Shown piece after piece: positions 51,917-64,000 of a stretch of DNA of 64,000 nt. A model generated the notes under the pieces. That model did not search any database. It saw nothing but the letters and a program-made list of their open reading frames with translations, and was not told where the DNA came from. This stretch comes from the human T2T-CHM13v2.0 reference genome, Homo sapiens. The stretch lies in NCBI RefSeq assembly GCF_009914755.1, contig NC_060938.1. One strand, given 5' to 3'. Position 1 is the first letter of the stretch. Each line of letters begins with the position of its first letter. The position numbers were made by a program, and so were the translations under genes.

Positions 51917-54900
51917 CTGGCAAGATGGCTCCAGTCTGCAGCTCCCAGCAAGACCAATGCAGAAGGCAGGTGATTTCTGCATTTCTATCTGAGGTACCCA
52001 GTTCATCTCATTGGGACTGGTTAGGCAGTGGGTGCAGCCCACAGAGGGCAAACAGAAGCAAAGTGGGGCGTCACCTCACCGGAAAGTGTAAGGAGCCAGG
52101 GACCTCCCTCCTCCACCCAAAGGGAAGCTGTGAGGGACTGTGCTATCTGGCCTGGGTACTACGCTTTTCCCAGGGTTTTTGCAATCCACAGGTCAGGAGA
52201 TTCCCTAGTGTGCCTACACCACCAGGGTTCTGGGTTTCAAGCACAAAACTGGGCGGTTATTTGGGCAGACGCTGAGTTAGCTGCAGAAGTTTTTTTTTTT
52301 TTTTCTTGTACCCCAGTGGCTCCTGGAACCCCAGTGGGGCAGAACCGTTCACTCCCCTGGAAAGGGGGCTGAAGCCAGGGAGCCAAGTGGTCTCACTCAG
52401 CGAGCAGGTCCCACTCCCACAGTGCCCAGCAAGATAAGAACCACTGGCTTGAAATTCTCACTGCCAGCTCAGCAGTCTGAAGTCAACCTGGAATGATAGA
52501 GCTTGGTAGGAGGAGGGGCGTCCACCATTACTGAGGCTTGAGTAGGTGGTTTTCCCCTGATAGTGCTAAGGGGGCCCGGAAGTTTGGACTGGGCAGAACT
52601 CAACACAGCGTGGCAAAGTGGCTGTGGCCGGACTGCCTCTCTGGATTCCTCGTCACTCAGCAGGGCATCTCTGAAAGAAATGCCAGTCAGGGGCTTATAG
52701 ATAAAACTCCCATCTCCCTGGGACAGAGCACCTGGGGGAAGGGGCGGCTGTGGGGACAGCTTCAGCAGACTTAAACTTTCCTGCCTGCTGGCTCTGAAGA
52801 GAGCAGCTGATCCTGACAAGGAGTATTCTCCCAGCATAGTGCTCAAGCTCTGCTAAGGGACAGACTGCCTCCTCAAGTGGGTCCCTGATCCCCCAAGCCT
52901 CCTGACTGGGAGAGACCTCCCAGCAGGGACTGACAGACACCTCATACAGGAGAGCTCCAGCTGGCATCAGCCTGGTGTCCCTCTGGGACGAAGCTTCCAG
53001 AGGAAGAAGCAGGCAGCAATCTTGGCTGTTCTGCAGCCTCCACTGGTGATACCCAGGCAAAGAGGGTCTGAAGTGGACCTCTAGTAAACTGCAGCAAACC
53101 TGTAGAAGAGAGGCCCGACTGTTAGAAGAAAAACTAATAAACAGAAAGCAACAACATCAACGTCAACAAAAATGACCCCTACACAAAAAGCCCATCGAAA
53201 GGTCATCAGCCTCAAAGATCAAAGGTAGGTAAATCCACGAGGATGAGGAAAAACCAGTGCAAAAAGGCTGAAAATTCCGAAAAACAGAATGCCTCTTCTC
53301 CAAATGATCGCAACTCCTCTCCAGCAAGGGCACAAAACTGGATGGAGAATGAGATTGACAAATTGACAGAAGTAGGCTTCAGAAGGTGGGTAATAACAAA
53401 CTCCTTTGAGCTAAAGGAGCATGACCTAACCCAATGCAAGGACACTAAGAACCTGGATAAAAGGTTACAGGAACCACTAACTAGAATAACCAGTTTAGAG
53501 AAGAACATAAATTACCTGATGGAGCTGAATAACACAGCCCAAGAACTTTGTGAAGCACACACAAGTATCGGTAGCCAAATCAAGTGGAAGAAAGGATATC
53601 AGAGATTGAAGATCAACTTACTGAAATAAGACATGAAGACAAGATTAGAGAAAAAAAAAATGAAAAGGAACAAACAAAGCCTCCAAGAAATATGGGACTA
53701 TGTGAAAAGACCAAACCTATGATTGATTGGTGTACCTGAAAGTGATGGGGAGAATGGAACCAAGCTGGAAAACACACTTCAGGATATTATCCAGGAGAAC
53801 TTCCCCAACCTAGCAAGACAGGCCAACATTCAAACACAGGAAATACAGAGAACACCACTAAGATACTCCTCAAGAAGAGCAACCCCAAGACACATAATCG
53901 TCAGATTCTCCAAGCTTGAAATGAGGAAAAAAATGTTCAGGGTAGCCAGAGAGAAAGGTCAGGTCACCTACAAAGGGAAGCCTATCAGACTAACAGCGGA
54001 TCTCTCTGCAGAAACCCTAGAAGCCAGAAGAGAGTGGAGGCCAATATTCAACATTCTTAAAGAAAATAATTTTCAAATCAGAATTTCATATCCAACCAAA
54101 CTAAGCTTCATAAGCGAAGGAGAAATAAAATCCTTTCTAGACAGGCAAATGCTGAGGGATTTTTCTCACCACCAGGCCTACCTTACAAGAGCTCCTGAAG
54201 GAAGCACTAAATATAGAAAGGAAAAACCAGTACTGGCCACTGCAAAAACACACCAAAATATAAAGACCAATGACACTATGATGAAACTGCTTCAAATAAT
54301 GTGCAAAACAACCACTAGCATCACAATGACAGGATCAAATTCACCTACAACAATGTTAACCTTAAATGTAAATGGGCTAAATGCCCCAATTAAAAGATAC
54401 AGACTGGCAAATTAGATAAAGAGTCAAGACCCATCCGTATGCTGTATTCAGGGGACCCATCTCACCTGCAAAGACACACATAGACTCAAAATAATGGGAT
54501 GGAAGAATATTTACCAAGCAAATGGAAATTAAAAAAAGGCAGGGGTTGCAATCCTAGTCTCTGGTAAAACAGACTTGAAACCAACAAGGATCAAAACAGA
54601 CAAAGAAGGGCATGACATAATGGTAAAGGGATCAATGCAACAAGAAGAGCTAACTGTCCTAAGTATATATGCACCCAATACAGGAGCACCCAGATTCATA
54701 AAGCAGGTTTGTAGAGACCTACAAAGAGTCTTAAACTCCCACACAATAGTAGTGGAAGACTTTAACACCCCACTGTCAATATTAGATCAACGAGACAGAA
54801 AATTAACAAGGATATTCAGGACTTGAACTCAGCTCTGGATGAAGCGGACCTAATAGCCATCTACAGAACTCTCCACCCCAAATCAACAGAATATGCATTC

Positions 54901-57900
54901 TTCTCAGCACCACATAGCATTTATTCTAAAATCGACCACATAATTGGAAATAAAACACTCCTCAGCAAATGCAAAAGAATGGAAATAATAACAAACAGCT
55001 CTCAGACCACAACGCAATCAAATTAGAACTCAGGATTAAGAAACTCACTCAAAAGTGCACAACTACATGGAAATTGAACAAACTGCACCTGAATGACTGC
55101 TTGGTAAATAATGAAATTAAGGCATAAATAAAGAAGTTATTTGAAACTGATGAGAACAAAGAGACAACGTACCAGAATCTCTGGGACACAGGTAAAGTAA
55201 TGTTAACAGGGAAATTTATAGCACTAAATGCCCACATCAGAAAGGTAGAAAGATCTGAAATCGACACCTGAACATCACAATTAAAAGAACTAGAGAAGCA
55301 AGAGCAAACAAATTCAAAAGCTAGCAGAAGGCAAGAAATAACTAAGATCAGAGCAGAACTGAAGGAGATAGAGACACGAAAAACCCTTCAAAAAGTTAAT
55401 GAATCCAGCAGCTGGTTTTTTGAAAAGATTAACAAAACAGATAGACTGCTAGCTAGGCTAATAAAGAAGAAAAGAGAGAAAAATCAAATAGACACAATAA
55501 AAAATGATAAAGGGGATATCACCATTGATCCCACAGAAATACAAACTACCGTCAGAGAATACTATAAACACCTCTACACAAATAAACTAGAAAATCTAGA
55601 AGAAATGGATAAATTCCTGGACACACACACCCTCCCAAGAGTAAACCAGGAAGACGTCGAATCCCTGAATAGACCAATAACAAGTTCTGAAATTGAGGCA
55701 GTAATTAATAGGCTATCAACCAAAAAAAGTCCAGGAGCAGATGGATTCACAGCTGAATTCTACCTGAGGTACAAAGAGGAGTTGGTACCATTCTTCTGAA
55801 ACTATTCCAAACAATAGAAAAAGAGAGACTCCGCCCTAATTCATTTCATGAGACCAGCATCATCCTGATACCAAATCTGGCAGAGACACAACAAAAAAAG
55901 AAAATTTCAGGCTAATGTTCCTGATGAACATCAATACAAAAATCCTCAATAACATACTGACAAACCAAATCCAGTAGCACATCAAAAAGCTTATCCACCA
56001 TGATCAAGTCGGCTTCATCCTTGGGATGCAAGGCTGGTTCAACATACACAAATCAATAAACATAATCCATCACATAAACAGAATCAATGACAAAAACCAC
56101 AGGATTATCTCAATAGATGCCAAAAAGTCCTTTGATATAATTCAACGCCCCTTCCTGCCAAAAACTCTCAATAAAGTAGGTAATGATGGAACATATCTTA
56201 ATATAATAAGAGCTACTTATGACAAACCCATAGCCAATGTCATACTAAATGGGCAAAAGCTGGAAGCATTCCCTTTGAAAACAGGCACAAGGCAAAGATG
56301 CCCTCTCTCACCTCTCCTATTCAACGTAGTACTGGAAGTTCTGGCCGGAGAATCAGGCAAGAGAAAGAAATATAGGATATCAAATAGGAAGAGAGGAAGT
56401 CAAATTGTCTCTGTTTGCAGATGACATGATTGTATATTTAGAAAACCCCATTGTCTCAGCCCAAAAACCCATTAAGCTGATAAGCAACTTCAGCAAAGTC
56501 TCAGGATACAAAATCAATGTGAAAAAATCAGAAGCATTCCTATACACCAATAACAGACAAGCAGAGAGCCAAATTATGAGTGAACTCCCATTCACAATTG
56601 CTACAAAGAGAATAAAATACCTAGGAATACAATTTACAAGGGACGTGAAGGACCTCTTCAAGGAGAACTACAAAACCACTACTCAAGGAAATAAGAGAGG
56701 ACACAAACAAATAAAAAAAAATTCCATGCTCATGGATAGGAAGAATCAATATTGTGAAAATGGCCATACTGCCCAGAGTAATTTATAGATTCAATGCTCT
56801 TCCCATCAAGCTACCAGTGACTTTCTTCACAGAATTAGAAAAAACTACTTAGATTTCATATGGAACCAAAAAAGAGCCCCTATAGCCAAGACAATCCTAA
56901 GCAAAAAGAACAAAGCTGGAGGCATTACACTACCTGACTTCAAACTATACTACAAGGCTACAGTAACCAAAACAGCATGGTACTGGTACCAAAACAGACA
57001 TATAAACCAATGGAAAAGAACAAAGGCCTCAGAAATAACACCACACATCTACAACCATCTGATCTTCGACAAACCTGACAAAAACAAGCAATGGGGAAAG
57101 AATTCCCTATTTAACAATTGGTGCTGGGAAAACTGGCTACCAATATGGAGAAAACAGAAACTGGACCCCTTCCTTACACCTTATACAAAAATTAACTCAA
57201 GACGGATTAAAGACTTAAACATAAAACCGAAAACAAAAAACCCTAGAAGAAAACCTAGGCAATACCATTCAGGACATGGGCATGGGCAAAGACTTCATAA
57301 CTAAAACACCAAAAGCAATGGCAACAAAAACCAAAATCGACAAATGTGATCTAATTAAACTAAATAGCTTCTACACAGCAAAAGAAACTATCATCACTGT
57401 GAACAGGCAACCTAGAGAATGGGAGAAAATTTTTGCAATCTATCCATCTGACAAAGGTCTAATATCCAGAATCTACAAGAAACTTAAACAAATTTACAAG
57501 AAAAAGACAACCCCATCAAAAAGTGGGTGAAGGATATGAACAGACACTTCTCAAAAAAAGACATTTATGTGGCCAACAAACATGTGAAAAAAAGCTCATC
57601 ATCACTGAGCATTAGAGAAATGCAAATCAAAATCACAATGAGATACCATCTCATGCCAGTTAGAATGGTGATCATTAAAAAGTCAGGAAACAGCAGATGC
57701 TGGCAAGGATGTGGAGAAATAGGAATGCTTTTACACTGTTGATGGGAGTATAAATTAGTTCAACCATTGTGGAAGACAGTGTGGTGCTTCCTCAAGGGTC
57801 TAGAACCAGAAATCCCATTACTGGGTATATACTCAAAGGATTATAAATCATTCTATTAAAAAGATACATGCACACATATGTTTACTGCAGCACTATTAAC

Positions 57901-58354
57901 CATAGCAAAGACTTGGAACCAACCCAAATGCCAATCAATGATAGACTGGATAAAGAAAATGTGGCACATATACACCATGGAATACTATGCAGCCATAAAG
58001 AAGAATGAGTTCATGTCCTTTGCAGGGACATGGATGAAGCTAGAAACCATCATTCTCAGCAAACTAACACAGGAATGGAAAACCAAACACTGCATATCCT
58101 CACTCATAAGTGGGAGTTGAACAATGAGAACACACAAACAGAGGGAGGGGAACATCACACACTGGGCCCTGTCTAGGGGTGGGGGGCTAGTGGAGGGAGA
58201 GCATTAGGTCAAATACCTAATGCATGAAGGGCTTAAAACCTACACAATGGGTTGATAGGGGCAGCAATCCACTATGGCACATGTACACCTATGTAACAAA
58301 CCTGCACATTCTGCACATGTACCTCAGAACTTAAAGTGAAATAAAATAAAATAA
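51917..58354 (+). mobile_element. Near-full-length L1PA (PA7-like), inactive
   Basis: 5' CTGGCAAGATGGC. ORF1 from 53243 (MRKNQ...) and ORF2 54326-58120 carry many stops and frameshifts. PA7-type 3'UTR and A-rich tail. Confidence 0.93.
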
Positions 58355-60072
58355 TGTATATATATATACACTTATATATTTATATGTATATAGATAGATA
58401 TAGATATGGATAAAGATATATTAAGGCACAATCAGAACCATATGTTTCAACACTGGACTATATTCTTATTTGTCCATAACTGTATAGCTCTTATCTATTT
58501 TATGATTGTTTTCATCCATGTAGGTAGATCCCTACAACTAGACTGTAAGTTTCACAGATAGGAATCAGGCCACATCGCTGATAAATACCAATAAATACCC
58601 AGGACAGCCCTGAAGGGCAGAAGTGTTAGACACTCCCCGCCAAAAGAAGAAATTACTCTTTTAACAATTATTTTAAATACATGTTAATAGTTTAGTGCAT
58701 TTGAAATAGAAGATGGAATTGAAGCTGTATGATCTTAGAGGAAATCATTCTCAATTACTTTTAAAACCATAACTAGTAATGAGTTTTCAATTTAAACGGA
58801 CATAAAGTTGTGAGAAGTAAATTTTCTGATCAAATCAGGTGGCTTTTCCATTTGTATTTAAGAGGCTAGCTGGCACCAAGCAGTAACCAAGGCAGTCCAT
58901 CTGGAAACTAGTTTGTATAGCTGATGCTAATATAAAAAAGAAAGAAACAAAATGTGATTTGATTAATTGATTTACTATATATAGTTTAATCAAGAATTGG
59001 CAGATAAAGGGATTCATTAAAAAGTATACAAAAGTTCATGTTGTTCAAGTGAATACAATTAACAACTTAAAATTTTAAAAAAATATTTGGCTAGGACACA
59101 ATGAAATAAAGAATAATATAGCTACAGGTATAATATTTTGTCAATAAATTCAAGAACCAAAATTATATTCCCTACTTAATCTTTAGTTTTTAGTCCCTAA
59201 ATATCCCGAAGGATACTTTGTGAACTAAATAGAGAGGCACAGATTACAATGGGAATGAGTTAAAATGATTGTATGTTTATTATAAAAATGTAGCAAAATT
59301 TATAGGCTTTACTCTATCAGAAAAATAAAGGCAAAGACAATGTAAAACAAAAGCATGAATCAGATGCAGTTTTTCAACAACTAGGACAGATTAAAAAAAG
59401 TATGTTTATTTTTATAAGCATTTTCACAGCTCAAGCAACCTAAATTTAAAGAGATCATAGGACCTTCTTACAAAATAAAAATTCAGCCTCTAAATGACAA
59501 CTACTTTTTGGAAACCTAAATAAGGAAATTAAAACCAAATAAGTTATGGGGCCAGTAAGTTATGGCTCAAGGAGAGGAAATTAGCCTGATGTTTTTCTGC
59601 TGGATGAAACAATATTATATACATACATATATATGTGTATATATACAGATATATGTTTATATAAGTAAATATACATAAATACATTTTCTTCTTCTTTTGT
59701 AGTTTATAAGACTTTGAATTTTTACATAAAAAAGAGGAAGACTGAGATATCATGCAATGCCAGCATCATTATATATCTTGAACTCAGACAAAATGACAGA
59801 GACTGCATGTCTCCCCTACCTCGTGTCAAACTCTAACTTCCTGGTAATGAAATGAATGAACTGTGGCCACATACCACTAGATTTCATGGATAGCTCTGTT
59901 GACTTGAGAAAAATTGAATTCTGAAGGGGCAGAGTTGCTGACAGATGTCACATCAGACTCTCACGTGAACACATACTATTAGTATATACTAAGGGAAAGA
60001 AAAGATATACTTACATGTGTTCAGTAGTGATGTGAAACTGGATGCTCTCATCTCCAAATAAAAACACGTGGC

Positions 60073-60136
60073 TTCTTTTTCTTTTCTTTTCTTTTCTTTT
60101 CTTTTCTTTTCTTTTCTTTTCTTTTCTTTTCTTTTT
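60073..60136. repeat. (TTTTC)n pentanucleotide repeat
   Basis: Direct read, about 12 units. Confidence 0.95.
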
Positions 60137-62507
60137 GTTAATTGGCTAATTATATTGGTTAGTCTGTTTATGAAAATAGGAGAGTATGATTTGGGGAGGC
60201 CAGGCAAACATTCCCATCTAAATTATCCTGGGTAGTCTGGAATCAGAAGAGTGGGTCTCAGCCCCAGTTTTGAAGTCTGTATGACCCTCTATTAGAGTAT
60301 CTGATTAAGATTCAAATTTCCTATTTGTAAATAGCCAATTTCTATTTGTAAAAAACCAAACAGTTACATTACTTCTAAGATGGTGTGTCCAAATCTAAGC
60401 TGTTCTAAATTTGCTTAATAAAGGCATTCAAATTCTCATGAAGATAGGGTCAGAGCATGGGCTTTGGAAAGCTAAGAGGGCTATTTGAAGAACCTTCAAG
60501 GTCCAAATCAGTAGAGATTTGTATTCTGCAACTGTATTTGTCAAGTATATATAGCAGCAAGTCAAATAAATTTTTTTAAATGACAGCTTAGCAGAGATTT
60601 TTAGTTTCCTTTAAAATGCCTCACTTCTAAAAAGACATGAATTCTCATCTTCTATGTAAAGTATGAAATGAGTAGAAAACCAATCCCAGATAGCCATAAT
60701 CTATACACTATATCACCTAAAGGAAATGATGGGGAGAGGGAGAAGATGCTGCACACATATGTAGAGTGGGTAAAAGTTGTCTTCTGAGCACTAGTCTTTC
60801 TGTTGCTTCAACGTTTCTTATCTGCCACGGTAGGCCTGTTTCCCAGGGATGATGTGAAGTTCAGGGGTGAATTAAGAGACTGTGTGTGGGGCTAGGAATG
60901 GGGCAGCTAGGGTTTAGCTTTAGTGAAGGAAAATCCATATTGTTGAGTTCATGCAAGGCCCTGTGCTCACCCTGTGGGACCTTTGTTCATAGGCCCATTC
61001 AACAAGCATTAAGAGTAGCTGGAATTAAAAATTGGCTAATATCCATGGGTCAGGTGTTTTTACTTATTGATTTATTAAAATCTTTCTCCGCAGTGAATGC
61101 CCTCTGGTGACAATTGCATGGAATGTATCTATTCCAAGAAGTTCATCGACATGTCCCTCCCTATTTCCTCCTTGTTATTATTCTTTCAATATTGTTCTTT
61201 CCATGTCCCTGACCAACTAATAACCTTGTTGGCTGCTCTTATGAATCAACATAAATCTGTACCTGCAGCCATCTCTCTTTCCCTACCAAGTAGACAACTA
61301 GGTGTTCTGTTCCTTTGGAGGACTTTCCCTAGTCCTGTCTTTCAGGGCCACCTCTGAGTAGAGTTGTAATCACTGGTTATCTACTTTCTGGAACTTGTCA
61401 GCCTGCAATACTGAGCCCTGATTGCAAGTTAAGAAAAAAGTGGGCAAAGCACTAGAAGCAGAATCCATGGGATTCTGAGCCACACATTCGTTCAATTTAG
61501 TAGAGCCTCAGATATGCTAAAGCTCAATCTTACATTCCATTTTTTATTTAATATTGGAGCATCACTGCACCTATACAATTTAATAATTGTAGATCATAAT
61601 GTGGGTGGTTCAGATTGCATAGTCACTGGAAGTCCCTTGGTGAAGTCTTCAATCTCTACTGAAGCAAGCTAGGAGATGATTTGCAAATGGAAAATGGTTA
61701 AATCAAGAGGATATGATCTCACTAAAAAACCCTAGGGGCTTTCCTATCAGGGGTTGCCAGGTATTCCATAGATCCTCTCTTCCTGCCACAGACTCTCTGA
61801 ATACAGATGGATCTTCTGGCTCCTAATGCCTGGGTGGCAAGGCAGTTTACACTGCAGCTGCACCTGTTGGGAAATGCTCTTGACACCACTCAAAACTGCC
61901 TTATGGATTACCAATAAACAAGTTACAGCAATATGTTCAAACTCAACATATGTGGCTTCCAATATCCAGAGATCCACAAAATTGTGCCTATTTCTTTGTG
62001 GTGGGCATTACAATGTGTGCCTCATTTTAGAATGGGCATCACAACAAGCTCTAGACTGTATAGATGCCTAGAAGCTTCACTGAAAGATGAATAATATATA
62101 TATTACTTGCCTTTTCCTCACTAAGGCACATATATATATATACATATACGTATACATGTATATATTTGACTTGTCTTTGGAAAGTGTATGAATATGATAC
62201 CTATTCACTTTGAATGTGGAGAGATGAGATCATGGTTTATATTCTGTAATAGAATCACTTATTTGCATTTTAATGATATGCCATGGAAAGGCTGTAATTC
62301 TAACATTAGCAAAAATGCATTAATGTAAAATGGCAACATTAGCCTGAGATTTAAGCAACAATGAGTATGCATTCACATTATTCAAAATGTGTGAAGTGTG
62401 TGTGTGTGAGTGTGTGTGGTCCCTTTGAGATCTACTTTTACATTTTATTGCTTTTACACCCTTAGAATTATTTGTGAGGAAAATATGTGTGCTAGAAAGT
62501 GATTTAG

Positions 62508-62931
62508 TGTGTTGACAGGTGGCTCCCCAAAAAAGATATGTTCACATCCCAGGATCTGTGAACGAGACCTTATTTGGTAAAGGGCTGTTTATACATGTAG
62601 TTAAACTAAGGTTCTTGAAATAAGATTATCCTGGATTATCCAGATGGGTCCTAAATCCAATGGCAAGTGTCCTTATCAGAGACACACAAAGGAGAGGCAC
62701 ACAGAGAAGAGGAAAAGCTATGTGAAGACAGAGACCAAGAAAAACTTGCAGCCTGGAGAAGCTGGAAAAGATGAGAAAGGATTCTCCCCTAACCCTTCAC
62801 AGGCAGTACAGTCCTGCCGACACCTTAATTTCATACCTCTGGCCTCCAGAGCTGTGAGAGAATAAATTTCTGTAGTGTTAAGCTGCCAAGTTTGTGGTAA
62901 TTTGTTATGGCAGCCCTGGGAAGCAGATATA
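62508..62931 (+). mobile_element. MLT1C-like MaLR LTR
   Basis: ccccaaaaaagatatgttcac...gaccttatttgg...atcctggattatccagatgggtcctaaatccaat...tttgttatggcagccctgggaa. Confidence 0.78.
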
Positions 62932-62949
62932 GTCATCCATAAACATTTA

Positions 62950-63850
62950 ACTTCAGCACATTTTCCAATGGAAATGATGCTGTGTATTTGGGGCATAAAA
63001 AATGACTATGGTGTAATGTCTTTTCCTAGAGGGCAAACAGGCACATATACAATTAACTCAGTATAGCAATGCTGAGTTAGCAGTATAAGGGGAGCACAGA
63101 AGAAGAAGTGATAACTTTTGGCAGGATTATTCAGGAAATGTCAAGTGGTCTGATGCGGTTGGAGTATAAGCATGCATGACAGAGAGGGACAAGAGATGAG
63201 AATATGAAAGAACATAGAGGGAAGACTGAATAATCTTGATTACTGTTTTAAAGAGTTTAGGACTTCATCCTGTGGATTTGGAATAGTCAACCTTGAATGA
63301 CAACTATTAGAGATAGGTAGTTGCTGTCTGGAGTTTAGTGTTTAGATGGATTGTGAAGCATATTGGGCTCATTTATTCACTCATCAAAAATTTAGTGAGA
63401 ATATGTTATGAGCCAGTACTATGAAAAGGACTTGGAATGACAAAGTAGACCCTGCTTCATTGAGCATATAAATGAAAGGAGAAAAAGAACCATGGGCATG
63501 TGGGGAGAAGACATGTTTACAATTCGTTTACCAGCTATGCGTTAAGAAATGCGGAGCTATTGAGGGTTTGCAACCGAGTAGTGACCTGAATATAACTGCA
63601 TGTCATGGAAATCATTCAGTTATTGAGAAAAATGTATTGCTCTGGGAAAAGAACAGAGGCCAAGAGATCTACAAAAGACTGTTGTAATAATCTGGGAAGA
63701 AATTATGAGGTCTATCATTAGAGGAAAAGCAGTGGGAATGGAGAAGAATTGTCAGAGTAAAATTGTATTCCAGAAGCAAAATTGATTGAGTCCTGTATTT
63801 AACTGGGCACAGAGAGTGAAGATGTTGCAGAAGCCTCTGATTATTTTAGC
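62950..63850 (-). mobile_element. L2 LINE fragments
   Basis: atttattcactcatcaaaaatttagtgag...gaccctgcttcattgagc and other antisense L2-like blocks. Confidence 0.55.
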
Positions 63851-63857
63851 TTAGGTT

Positions 63858-64000
63858 ATTACCGATTGAAGACATCCCTGATTATAAAATGCACCATTAT
63901 TTTGTGTATCACTAAGAAATAAAATCTCTATTAAACTCTGACATAATACTTTATTGCTTAGAATTTTTATGTTGAACCAACTGAAAGAGCTATTTTAGAT
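63858..64000. mobile_element. Old Tigger-like DNA transposon end (Tigger13a-like), runs off window
   Basis: gaagacatccctgattataaaatgcaccattattttgtgtatcactaagaaa resembles the recalled consensus. Confidence 0.4.

Noticed and set aside
53723-54415. Apparent L1 ORF1-ORF2 fusion frame
   Set aside because: Produced by a frameshift, starts at a non-ATG codon, and stops ~30 codons into ORF2.

Overview
Human genomic DNA (a human-specific AluYb8 is present) covering the 5' end of PRKD1 (protein kinase D1, chr14q12) on the minus strand. The only host protein-coding sequence I can support is PRKD1 coding exon 1 (7387->7124, 88 codons, poly-Ala N-terminus, AAG|GTAAGT donor). It lies in a CpG-island promoter (~6810-8100). 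Bases 1-7123 are intron 1. The ~56 kb upstream is gene-poor and dominated by transposon fossils: ~17 Alus, two near-full-length L1PA elements head-to-head, ancient L1M/L2/MIR/CR1 pieces, a triply nested MaLR cluster with a full MSTA provirus, THE1D, MLT1 LTRs, a probable ERVL provirus, an ERV1 solo LTR inside an Alu, and Tigger2a. I found no convincing new gene system. The best leads are a reverse-GC-skew, G4-rich promoter, a perfect DR1 element in intron 1, an intact L1 endonuclease ORF, inverted L1s, atypical Alu junctions and several template-switch micro-inversions. Repeat subfamily names come from recalled consensus sequences and need RepeatMasker/Dfam confirmation.
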